The translations under genes and the position numbers were made by a program. Shown here piece by piece: positions 56,703 through 64,000 of a stretch of 64,000 nt of DNA (positions are counted from its first letter, which is position 1; every line of letters starts with the position of its first letter). The DNA lies in contig JAHIWS010000017.1 of the NCBI GenBank assembly GCA_018815925.1, forward strand, positions 15,285-79,284, written 5' to 3'. The DNA comes from Nanobdellota archaeon (GTDB lineage Archaea; Nanobdellota; Nanobdellia; Pacearchaeales; GW2011-AR1). The notes under the pieces are model-generated. The model ran no database searches, was not told the DNA's origin, and was given only the letters and a program-made list of their open reading frames with translations.

Positions 56703-58127
56703 ATGGGATTTATTATTTATGATTATATTGTATTTGCTTTACTTATAATTTTTATCTTTGTTTTTTTGTATTCTAATAGAAAGAGATTGAAGAAGGAAGG
56801 GGGAGCATTTTTATATAAAACAAAATGGGGTATGAAATTAATAGAAAAAATTGGGGGAAAGTATAAAAAAACCCTTTATTTTTTAAGTTATATTTCTATA
56901 ACTTTAGGATATTTTTTAATGGTAGCATGTTTTTATTTAGTTGGAAAAATTGTTTGGCTTTATGCTTTTCACCCCCAGATTGTAAAAATAATAAAAGTTC
57001 CGCCTATAATGCCTCTGATTCCTTATATTGATAAACTAGTTCCAGGATTGCCTCCTTTTTATACTACTTATTTTATATTAATTTTAGCTGTTATTGCAAT
57101 AACCCATGAATTTGCTCACGGAATTTTTATGAAAAGATATGATATTAAGATAAAATCTACTGGTTTTGGATTTTTCCCTTTTTTCTTTCCTGTTCTTCCT
57201 CTTGCTTTTGTTGAACAGGATGAAGAAAGCATGGTTAAACAATCAAAATTTAAACAAATGGCTGTGCTTTCTGCAGGAACATTTGCTAATCTATTAACTG
57301 CAATTTTCTTTTTTATTGTAATTTTGATATTTTTTAGTTTAGTTTTTACTCCAACAGGAGTTGTTTTTGATGATTATTCTTATTCTATGTTGCAGATAAC
57401 AGGGATTTCAATGGTTAATGGAATTTCTTTAACTAATCCTAATTATGAGGATATATCAAACTCCTTAGATGAAGAAGGAATCAATGAGGTTAAGGTAGGG
57501 GATACAACTTATTTTTTAACAAAAGAATTTCTAAGTAAGCAGGCAAATAACATAGAAAATATTTATTTATATGATAATGCTCCTGCACTTAAATCTAATT
57601 TAGATGAAACAATTCTAGAAATTAATGGAATAAAAATAGATAGTGTGAATAAATTAGGAGAAGAATTATTAAAATATGCTCCAGGGCAAGAGATAACAAT
57701 AACAACTCTAAATGGTGAAGAAATCAAAGACTATAAAATTGTTCTTGAAGATAATCCTGCTTCACCAGGAAGACCTTGGTTAGGAATAGGTTTTGTTAAT
57801 AATGGGAATGGGGGGTTAATTAATAAAATTTTTAGTATATTATCTTCATTTAAAAAACCACATGTTTATTATGAACCTGCTCTTGATGGGTTGTGTTGGT
57901 TTATTTATTATTTATTATGGTGGCTTATTTTAATTTGTGTTAGTGTTGCTTTGATTAATATGCTTCCTGTAGGAGGTCTTGATGGGGGAAGATTCCTTTA
58001 TCTTACTATTTTAAGTTTAACTGGAAGAGAAAAAATAGCAAAAAGAACCTACAATTACTTAACTTATTTCTTTCTTTTTTTAATTGTATTTTTAATGTTT
58101 TTTTGGGTTTGGAATTTTTTTAGGTAA
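56703..58127 (+). CDS. Site-2 protease family (M50) membrane metalloprotease with PDZ-like insert
   Basis: HEFAHGIFM zinc-binding HExxH in a TM helix and later NMLPVGGLDGGRF LDG motif; polytopic, 474 aa. Confidence 0.75.
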   Translation: MGFIIYDYIVFALLIIFIFVFLYSNRKRLKKEGGAFLYKTKWGMKLIEKIGGKYKKTLYFLSYISITLGYFLMVACFYLVGKIVWLYAFHPQIVKIIKVPPIMPLIPYIDKLVPGLPPFYTTYFILILAVIAITHEFAHGIFMKRYDIKIKSTGFGFFPFFFPVLPLAFVEQDEESMVKQSKFKQMAVLSAGTFANLLTAIFFFIVILIFFSLVFTPTGVVFDDYSYSMLQITGISMVNGISLTNPNYEDISNSLDEEGINEVKVGDTTYFLTKEFLSKQANNIENIYLYDNAPALKSNLDETILEINGIKIDSVNKLGEELLKYAPGQEITITTLNGEEIKDYKIVLEDNPASPGRPWLGIGFVNNGNGGLINKIFSILSSFKKPHVYYEPALDGLCWFIYYLLWWLILICVSVALINMLPVGGLDGGRFLYLTILSLTGREKIAKRTYNYLTYFFLFLIVFLMFFWVWNFFR

Positions 58128-58158
58128 GATTTATATTCCTATTTCTCAGTTTAATTTA

Positions 58159-59148
58159 ATGATTCCAGAAAAAATTAAAAAGATTTTAAAAAAACAACAT
58201 TATGAAATAGTTGGAAATCATTCTGCTGTCCAAATATGTAGATGGACAAAAAATTCTTTAAGAGATCAAGGTGTTTGTTATAAAGAAAAATTCTATGGAA
58301 TAAAAAGTCATTTATGTTGTCAAATGACTCCTGCAATAATGTGGTGTCCAAATAAGTGTGTACATTGTTGGAGAGCAATTGAATATACTATTGGAGATAA
58401 ACTACCTGATAATATTGATAATCCCAAAAAAATAATTGATGGTTGTATTAAGGCCCAGAGAAAATTATTACAAGGTTTTAATATTGATCCTAAAAGCAAA
58501 AAGAAACAACTAAGTAAGGCGAATCAAAAAAAATATACTGAAGCTCAAGAACCAATGCAGTTTGCAATAAGTTTAAGTGGAGAACCAACACTTTATCCTT
58601 TAATAGGGGATTTAATCTCTGAATTAAGAAAAAGAAAAAAAACAAGTTTTTTAGTTACAAATGGACTTTATCCAGAAAAATTAAAAGAATTAAAAAATAA
58701 AAAACAACTTCCAACTCAACTATACATAAGTGTTAATATTTCTAATAAAAATCAGTATCAGAAGTTCCATAGAAGCTCATTGCTAGATGCTTGGACAAGA
58801 TTAATGAAATCTTTAAAAATAATGTCAGACCTAAAAACCAGAACTGTTTTTAGAATTAATTTAATTAGGGAAATTAATATGCAAGATAAAGATGTTCAAG
58901 AGTTTGCAGAGTTAATTAAGAAAGCTAAAAGTGATTTTATAGAAATAAAAAGCTATATGGCCGTAGGCTTCGCTAGAAAAAGATTGGGTTATGATCGTAT
59001 GCCCCTCATGAAAGAAATGTTGGATTTTTCTAAAAAGATTGAAAAAACAACAGGTTATAAAATAGAAGATCAGGATGAACGGAGCAGGGTTGTTTTATTA
59101 AAAAGAGATGATTCAGTTGAACGTTTTATTTCTAAGGCCGATTTGTGA
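58159..59148 (+). CDS. taw1: tRNA 4-demethylwyosine synthase TYW1/Taw1 (radical SAM)
   Basis: CPNKCVHC radical SAM CxxxCxxC plus N-terminal extra Cys cluster (CRWTK...CYKEKF); 329 aa as in archaeal Taw1. Confidence 0.6.
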   Translation: MIPEKIKKILKKQHYEIVGNHSAVQICRWTKNSLRDQGVCYKEKFYGIKSHLCCQMTPAIMWCPNKCVHCWRAIEYTIGDKLPDNIDNPKKIIDGCIKAQRKLLQGFNIDPKSKKKQLSKANQKKYTEAQEPMQFAISLSGEPTLYPLIGDLISELRKRKKTSFLVTNGLYPEKLKELKNKKQLPTQLYISVNISNKNQYQKFHRSSLLDAWTRLMKSLKIMSDLKTRTVFRINLIREINMQDKDVQEFAELIKKAKSDFIEIKSYMAVGFARKRLGYDRMPLMKEMLDFSKKIEKTTGYKIEDQDERSRVVLLKRDDSVERFISKADL

Positions 59149-60098
59149 GCCCAATTTCCTTTAAAATCCGTAAAAATAACATAACAATTAAAGTTTTTCA
59201 TAAACTCCCTTTCTTTTTTTACCCAATCTTGATTTCCCCAATCTTTATGTAGCACAAGAACTGTTGAGAGATTATGTAAATGGTTCCACTTAATTGAAAA
59301 ATAAAATCTCATCAAAATTTGTGATGCTTTGATGCTACTCATTCTATGTTGTGGTTGATTTGAATCTAAAGAAGGTTTTGAAGCTGTAACTTCTATAGGA
59401 ATTTTATTATTTTTATAATTAAAAATAATGTCTGCTTTTAGGTTATCAAATTTACTTGGTTTTTTAACAACCCCTATTTTGTTTAATTCGTTTGCTAACT
59501 GTCCATCTTCTAGAGACTCTGTACTAAATAGGTCACCAATAGAAACATCCCATTCATCAAGATAAATTCCTATTTTGACAGGCATTGCCTTTGCAGAAAG
59601 AATTTTTAAAATATTCTTGGAAATTAATTTACGGGAGAGAGATATCCCCACAGATTTGGATTTTAATAAATATAATTTACTTCCTGCAAATTTATTGCTT
59701 TTTCTTATTATTACCTTATCTTTTTCAAAACTTTCTACTACACAATATTTTCCATTATTTATCTCTCCAAATTTAGAGTTATAAACAGTTATCCAAACAC
59801 CGTTGCTAGAACCCATTACTCTAATACATCCTTTAATAAAAAATAAATCTCCTTTAATTTTAGAAATTTTGGAGTAATTTTCAAAAGTTTCTGGTAAACA
59901 ATAAAATCCTCTCTTCATTCTTTTTGTAAAACCCCATTTTTCTAATTTGTGCAGTCTTGGTTTTGCTGCACCATAAGTAATATTCAAAAACCTTGCAACT
60001 TCTTTTATAGATAAAGGTCCTTTTTCTAATAGTTTAATTATTGGTAGATAAAATTTTGGATCTTTTCCTTGCTTTCTAATAACTTCCTCGTTGTTCAT
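59070..60098 (-). CDS. Winged-helix domain protein, hypothetical
   Basis: N-terminal wHTH (LSIKEVARFLNITYGAAKPRLHKLEKWGF) then 250-aa uncharacterised domain; convergently overlaps TYW1 3' end by 79 nt. Confidence 0.4.
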   Translation of the reverse strand: MNNEEVIRKQGKDPKFYLPIIKLLEKGPLSIKEVARFLNITYGAAKPRLHKLEKWGFTKRMKRGFYCLPETFENYSKISKIKGDLFFIKGCIRVMGSSNGVWITVYNSKFGEINNGKYCVVESFEKDKVIIRKSNKFAGSKLYLLKSKSVGISLSRKLISKNILKILSAKAMPVKIGIYLDEWDVSIGDLFSTESLEDGQLANELNKIGVVKKPSKFDNLKADIIFNYKNNKIPIEVTASKPSLDSNQPQHRMSSIKASQILMRFYFSIKWNHLHNLSTVLVLHKDWGNQDWVKKEREFMKNFNCYVIFTDFKGNWAHKSALEIKRSTESSLFNKTTLLRSS

Positions 60099-60250
60099 AT
60101 AATAATAAATCCTTTAATCTTTATATATTTTACTATATGTCTGTTGGATTTGATAATGAAGAGTTCTCAGTAAATAATCTCCCCTCTACAAAAAGTGTCC
60201 TCTATTATGTATCGAGATTTAGAAATAAATAAGGACCTGATTGTTTGTAC

Positions 60251-60273
60251 TAATCCCTATCTGGGCGTTTATG
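60251..60273. repeat. GC-rich 23-nt intergenic element, copy 1
   Basis: TAATCCCTATCTGGGCGTTTATG; 20/23 identical to element at 61826..61848; overlaps stop codon of minus-strand gene 60269..60589. Confidence 0.4.
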
Positions 60274-60589
60274 TTTGTTTATTTCTTAAACTATAAGCCG
60301 AAGCTCCTAAAAGAGATAAGCTCCCCAATATAATGAATGGTGCTGAAACCCCATATCTTTCTGAGGCCTTATCTTCCAATTCTCTTATTTCTTCAATTGC
60401 AACATTACTTAGTTCCTTGAGATTAGATACTTGCCCAGAGATATAATCTCTTCTTGCTTGAGGAAATCTTTCACTTACTTCTTTGTATTTTAAGTTATCT
60501 CCTTGTAATCCAATCAAAGCACCTATACCAAATAAACTAGTGGCTACAATTGGAACTACTTTTCTTATTAAAGTTCTTTTAGTTATCAT
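60269..60589 (-). CDS. Hypothetical membrane-anchored protein
   Basis: 106 aa with N- and C-terminal hydrophobic segments. Confidence 0.35.
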   Translation of the reverse strand: MITKRTLIRKVVPIVATSLFGIGALIGLQGDNLKYKEVSERFPQARRDYISGQVSNLKELSNVAIEEIRELEDKASERYGVSAPFIILGSLSLLGASAYSLRNKQT

Positions 60590-60981
60590 TTTTTATGATC
60601 CTCAAAAGTATTTAAAATTCTTTTTTCCAATTCATCTCTTTTCATTGAACCAAGTAGTCGATAATCATTAAGTGGCTTATCTGGAGCTTCAGTTCCAACA
60701 TAAATTTCAATCTTGTTATCTCCCCACTGATCCGCTTTAAAATAAATTCTTTCTCTATCATTAAGAATTATCCCTTTGTAACCCAAAGCATCTAGAGCTT
60801 TTCTACTTTCTCCGTAATCTATTGTTCTATCTTCCCCAGCTATTTTTCTAGTTACTATTTCTGTTGTTTGGAAATTTTTTTGTATTTCTGTACAAGAGGT
60901 TATAAATCCTAAAGAAATGGCAAAACCTGTACCAACTATAAAATTTTTCATTTTGTCAAATTTGTTTTTATAATCTTTCAT
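60586..60981 (-). CDS. Hypothetical lipoprotein-like protein
   Basis: N-terminal signal with lipobox-like FITSC; 131 aa. Confidence 0.4.
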   Translation of the reverse strand: MKDYKNKFDKMKNFIVGTGFAISLGFITSCTEIQKNFQTTEIVTRKIAGEDRTIDYGESRKALDALGYKGIILNDRERIYFKADQWGDNKIEIYVGTEAPDKPLNDYRLLGSMKRDELEKRILNTFEDHKK

Positions 60982-61075
60982 AAATCTAGGGGATTTACTC
61001 CCTATTTATATGGAAGTAGTCGGAAAAGACCGACTAAAAAGAAAGATTTAAATAGTATTTCTACTAAAGATTGTT

Positions 61076-61828
61076 ATGGAGAGAGATTTATTCACGTTGT
61101 TTAAGGAATATGGGCTTAGTGAAAAGGAAATACAAATATACCTTTTTTTAGTTAGAAAAAATGAACTAACAGCATATAAGATATCCAAAGAAACTAAAAT
61201 CCACCGTTCTACTTGTTATGATGTTTTAGAAAGACTAATTTCTAAGGGATTTATCTCTCAAATAGAAGAAGGAAATAAAAAAGTTTTTTCTGCAAATAAT
61301 ATAACAAATGTTATAGCAAACCTAAAGGATAAAGAAACGATTTTAACTTCAATAATTCCCAAAATACAAAGATTAGAACAAAAACAAGACAGATATGTAA
61401 AGGTATTGGAAAGCCCCCTTAGTCAAAAAGAATTCTATAATAATTTATTATCTTTAATCAAACAAGGAAAATTAACTTTTGTTTATCTTTTAAGTCCAGG
61501 ACCAAGTGAAGGATCCAAATTAAGTACCAATATTTTTATTGAAAGGATTATAAATGAAGCAATTTCAAAGAGATTACTAAATAAAATAGACTACAAAGCA
61601 ATTTGGGATTCTAGATTTAAAGATTCTGATTTTTTTAAAACTGCTAAGAGATTGGGAGAAAATAAATTTCTTAATTTGCCAACACATGCTACAACAATGA
61701 TTTTTAATAACCATCTAGCTTTTTTATATACTCAAGAGGAATCTAATCTAATTGAAATTAAGAATCAATTTGTTTCAGGAGAAATGAAAGCATATTTTGA
61801 ACACCTTTGGAAACAAGCTAAACTCTAA
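61076..61828 (+). CDS. TrmB-family transcriptional regulator
   Basis: N-terminal LFKEYGLSEKEIQIYLFLVRKNELTAYKISKETKIHRSTCYDVLERLISKGFI TrmB-type HTH. Confidence 0.55.
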   Translation: MERDLFTLFKEYGLSEKEIQIYLFLVRKNELTAYKISKETKIHRSTCYDVLERLISKGFISQIEEGNKKVFSANNITNVIANLKDKETILTSIIPKIQRLEQKQDRYVKVLESPLSQKEFYNNLLSLIKQGKLTFVYLLSPGPSEGSKLSTNIFIERIINEAISKRLLNKIDYKAIWDSRFKDSDFFKTAKRLGENKFLNLPTHATTMIFNNHLAFLYTQEESNLIEIKNQFVSGEMKAYFEHLWKQAKL

Positions 61829-61848
61829 TCCCTGTTTGGGCGTTAATG
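61826..61848. repeat. GC-rich 23-nt intergenic element, copy 2
   Basis: TAATCCCTGTTTGGGCGTTAATG beginning at the TrmB-like gene stop codon, between convergent genes. Confidence 0.4.
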
Positions 61849-61877
61849 CAGAAAATAAACAATCAGATGATTATTTT

Positions 61878-62228
61878 CTATAAATCAATAACACCCTCTT
61901 TTGTTAATGCTGCAAACCTTACTCCAATAGGCAAATTAATCAAAGCAGAGATTAAGGCCATGTGTTCCTTACCATCTCCACTTGCTATTGATAAAGCAAC
62001 TTCCATACCTTCAAATTTACCTCTGAGTTTTTGAGACAAATCATCCCTAAGTTCTTTTAGTTTTTTATTAAGATCAACTTTAATAAACTCAAATTTTTTC
62101 TCGTGTTTAAAATCTTTAGCAAAATCACTTCCAAGAAGAATTATTTTTTCCCATTCTCCGTGTTTCATTAATCCAGAAACCTGTGCCCATGTTCCTTTTC
62201 CAGAAGATAATAATGCTATGAGTTCCAT
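61878..62228 (-). CDS. Hypothetical protein
   Basis: 116-aa ORF; first of a run of small minus-strand genes. Confidence 0.35.
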   Translation of the reverse strand: MELIALLSSGKGTWAQVSGLMKHGEWEKIILLGSDFAKDFKHEKKFEFIKVDLNKKLKELRDDLSQKLRGKFEGMEVALSIASGDGKEHMALISALINLPIGVRFAALTKEGVIDL

Positions 62229-62229
62229 T

Positions 62230-62586
62230 TTACAACATAATCCTCATTCCGTTTTTAAATATTCTTTTATTTCTTGCGGAAATTATATTAGTAGTTATTG
62301 GGAATTGGTTTTTTATTGAAGGTATTTTTTTGGAGTATTTTCTTTCAATTTCCTGTTTAGATATCTTTTCAATACTATAACTAGATTTTACAATAGGAGT
62401 TCCATCAGTTAAAATATGTTTTATTGAAGATTCATCAGGAGCTTCTCCCCATACTCTTTCTAACCCTCTATAAATACTATCAAAAATTTTATTATTTTGG
62501 TTATTATCTGTAAAAACTTTTATTACTAATCCCCCTGTCTTGCATGATCCATTATCAAATTTGATTTCATAATATTTAGGATTCAT
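62230..62586 (-). CDS. Hypothetical protein
   Basis: 118-aa ORF; 2-nt gap to downstream gene. Confidence 0.35.
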   Translation of the reverse strand: MNPKYYEIKFDNGSCKTGGLVIKVFTDNNQNNKIFDSIYRGLERVWGEAPDESSIKHILTDGTPIVKSSYSIEKISKQEIERKYSKKIPSIKNQFPITTNIISARNKRIFKNGMRIML

Positions 62587-62592
62587 TTTAAA

Positions 62593-62901
62593 TTATTCTG
62601 TTCTATTTTGAATTAAATCAAGATTTTGTTTAATTGTATTAGAAGTTATTAAATGATCTGGCTTACAATAATCTAACATAGCTTTAACATAAAAAGAATC
62701 CTTAGCTAATTTTTCAGCTTTTTTTTCATTAATTTCTGTTTTAGAATAATGGCTTGAAACTCTAAAATTTCCTTCTTTATCTAGAAAAAAACCTTTTTTT
62801 CCTTCTCCTGCAATAACTTCTAATTCTCCATCTTCAAATTTAACAACAATTCCGTCTCCATCGGGATTTTTTCTTGGCCCCACTCTATAATATTTAATCA
62901 T
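62593..62901 (-). CDS. Small conserved hypothetical protein, paralog A
   Basis: 102 aa; paralogous to 62972..63220 (shared MxxKYxxxxPRxKPxxxGDxVVxxDGxLxxxxGxG N-domain); own copy of the conserved promoter motif. Confidence 0.45.
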   Translation of the reverse strand: MIKYYRVGPRKNPDGDGIVVKFEDGELEVIAGEGKKGFFLDKEGNFRVSSHYSKTEINEKKAEKLAKDSFYVKAMLDYCKPDHLITSNTIKQNLDLIQNRTE

Positions 62902-62926
62902 AGAAAAAATATACTCAAGAACTTTT

Positions 62927-62943
62927 TAAGCATTATTGTGGTA
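62927..62943 (-). promoter_or_regulatory. Conserved BRE/TATA promoter motif (copy 2, upstream of paralog A)
   Basis: TAAGCATTATTGTGGTA 26 nt upstream of start codon; coding-strand TTAAAAA TATA-like element centred near -25. Confidence 0.5.
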
Positions 62944-62971
62944 TTAGTTAGTTATTGCAATTAAATTACTT

Positions 62972-63220
62972 TCACCATAAAGGCCTACAGTTCCATTTAT
63001 CGCGAGCTTGTTTGTGTCTGAGTGCTTCTTTTTCTGTGATTCTCTCTAAATAATATTTTTTTGAACAACTAACTTGATCATATCTATCTGCTTTTAATTC
63101 AGGATCCTCAGGATAACCATCTCCTGTAAAAGTTTTTAATTGTCCGTCTTTTAATATGACAACATCTCCATTAATTTCTGGTTTATTTCTTGGTTTAAGA
63201 GAAAAATATTTTACTTCCAT
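62972..63220 (-). CDS. Small conserved hypothetical protein, paralog B
   Basis: 82 aa; paralog of 62593..62901; own copy of the conserved promoter motif. Confidence 0.45.
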   Translation of the reverse strand: MEVKYFSLKPRNKPEINGDVVILKDGQLKTFTGDGYPEDPELKADRYDQVSCSKKYYLERITEKEALRHKQARDKWNCRPLW

Positions 63221-63245
63221 TTTAAGTAAATTAATAGAGAGTTTT

Positions 63246-63262
63246 TAAGCATTATTGTAGTT
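63246..63262 (-). promoter_or_regulatory. Conserved BRE/TATA promoter motif (copy 3, upstream of paralog B)
   Basis: TAAGCATTATTGTAGTT (1-2 mismatches) 26 nt upstream of start codon. Confidence 0.45.
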
Positions 63263-63263
63263 T

Positions 63264-63755
63264 TTACCTAGTTATTGTAACTAAACTATCACCAAAATCT
63301 TTTTTTAGGGTTAATTTGATTTTTCCATCTGGATTTGAAACACAGAACTTGTTGCCCTGAGTGATTGTCTTACTAAAATCTATATGGTTTAATGCATAAC
63401 CTGGTATGTGTTTTTCAGAAAGAAAAACTAGATTTTCATAATCATTATCTCTAAAACAAACAGATTCTACTTTTTTAGGTAAAAAATATGAAATTTCTTC
63501 TGAAGCTTGGGTTGCTTGCCATATTCGATTTAGGTCTTCTTGTAATTCTTTTTTAAACTTTGCTATTTCAGCAGTGTCTCTTAATTCAAGAAATTTTTTT
63601 ATTGCAAAAAAAGCAAACACAATAAAAACAATTATCAAAATGATTGAAAAAATCATCCCAAAAGACATTTTCATCTGACCTCTTTTCATGAATACAATAG
63701 TAAAATAGCAGTTATAAAGGTTTTTTATAGAAACATTTAAATATAAGTTATACAT
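63264..63755 (-). CDS. Hypothetical single-pass membrane protein
   Basis: 163 aa with TM MIFSIILIIVFIVFAFFAI. Confidence 0.4.
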   Translation of the reverse strand: MYNLYLNVSIKNLYNCYFTIVFMKRGQMKMSFGMIFSIILIIVFIVFAFFAIKKFLELRDTAEIAKFKKELQEDLNRIWQATQASEEISYFLPKKVESVCFRDNDYENLVFLSEKHIPGYALNHIDFSKTITQGNKFCVSNPDGKIKLTLKKDFGDSLVTITR

Positions 63756-63764
63756 GTATAATTT

Positions 63765-64000
63765 ATGGAAAGAATAACAACTAAAGTAAAAAAATGGGGT
63801 AATTCTTTTGGAATTATATTGCCAAGAAAGATATTTAATAAAGAAGTTAGAGAAGGATTAGAAGTTAATGTAATTATTCAACCAAAAAATAGAATGACTG
63901 TTGGAGATCTTTTAAATTTCAGTAAAAAAAACAAACTTCCAAAATTGAAAAAGTCCACCCAACAGATTATGGACGAAATAGATAAAGAGTTGTGGCCGGA
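63765..64000 (+). CDS. AbrB/MazE/SpoVT-family antitoxin-like protein (partial, runs off window end)
   Basis: N-terminus MERITTKVKKWGNSFGIILPRKI is the classic swapped-hairpin AbrB/MazE/VapB signature; no stop before window end. Confidence 0.5.
   Translation, partial: MERITTKVKKWGNSFGIILPRKIFNKEVREGLEVNVIIQPKNRMTVGDLLNFSKKNKLPKLKKSTQQIMDEIDKELWP

Noticed and set aside
1-64000. Searched for CRISPR arrays, rRNA genes, transposases/integrases and prophage signatures
   Set aside because: No spaced direct-repeat arrays, no rRNA-like GC-rich long segments, and no integrase/transposase-like ORFs were seen. The only repeats are the short motifs reported above.

Overview
This window is an AT-rich archaeal chromosomal segment. 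The gene content (L19e, L32e, S4e, L37ae, L40e, aIF-5A, AglB/STT3, Spt5, RpoP) and the many small proteins with N-terminal anchors point to a DPANN-type reduced genome. Three blocks dominate. (1) 0-10 kb: an N-glycosylation locus with two GT2 enzymes, a polysaccharide deacetylase, a B12-domain radical-SAM-like protein, an LPG-synthase-TM-like flippase candidate, AglH-like GT4 and AglB oligosaccharyltransferase (WWDYGYW). (2) 11.5-27.3 kb, minus strand: the full archaeal ribosomal-protein supercluster from L3 to L15, then SecY and a DUF106/YidC-like gene, with prefoldin alpha beyond them. The cluster is interrupted by lineage-specific inserts, chiefly a DEDDh 3'-5' exonuclease between uL4 and uL23. 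Smaller ORFs sit between L3/L4, S17/L14 and L30/L15. (3) 49-57 kb: an ftsZ-secE-spt5-L11 / L37ae-rpoP-pfdB-sepF neighbourhood, with aIF-5A, L40e, an S2P protease and TYW1 downstream. A separate L1-P0-L12 block lies at 34.6-36.8 kb. Between the blocks is a cell-envelope region. It holds three consecutive type IV pilin-like proteins, a wHTH regulator, an 833-aa sequon-rich S-layer candidate, an archaeosortase-like membrane protein next to a 636-aa surface protein with a C-terminal anchor, DedA, an AI-2E permease and AMP phosphorylase. Two tRNAs are present: tRNA-Pro(UGG) and an intron-containing tRNA-Ser(UGA). Three sub-60-aa genes missing from the ORF track were recovered by eye: RpoP, SecE and L40e. 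Other points: a GC-rich tandem repeat encoding a Gly/His-rich 58-aa peptide, a near-identical BRE/TATA motif upstream of ftsZ and two paralogous small genes, and a two-copy GC-rich 23-nt element. No rRNA, CRISPR or mobile elements were seen.
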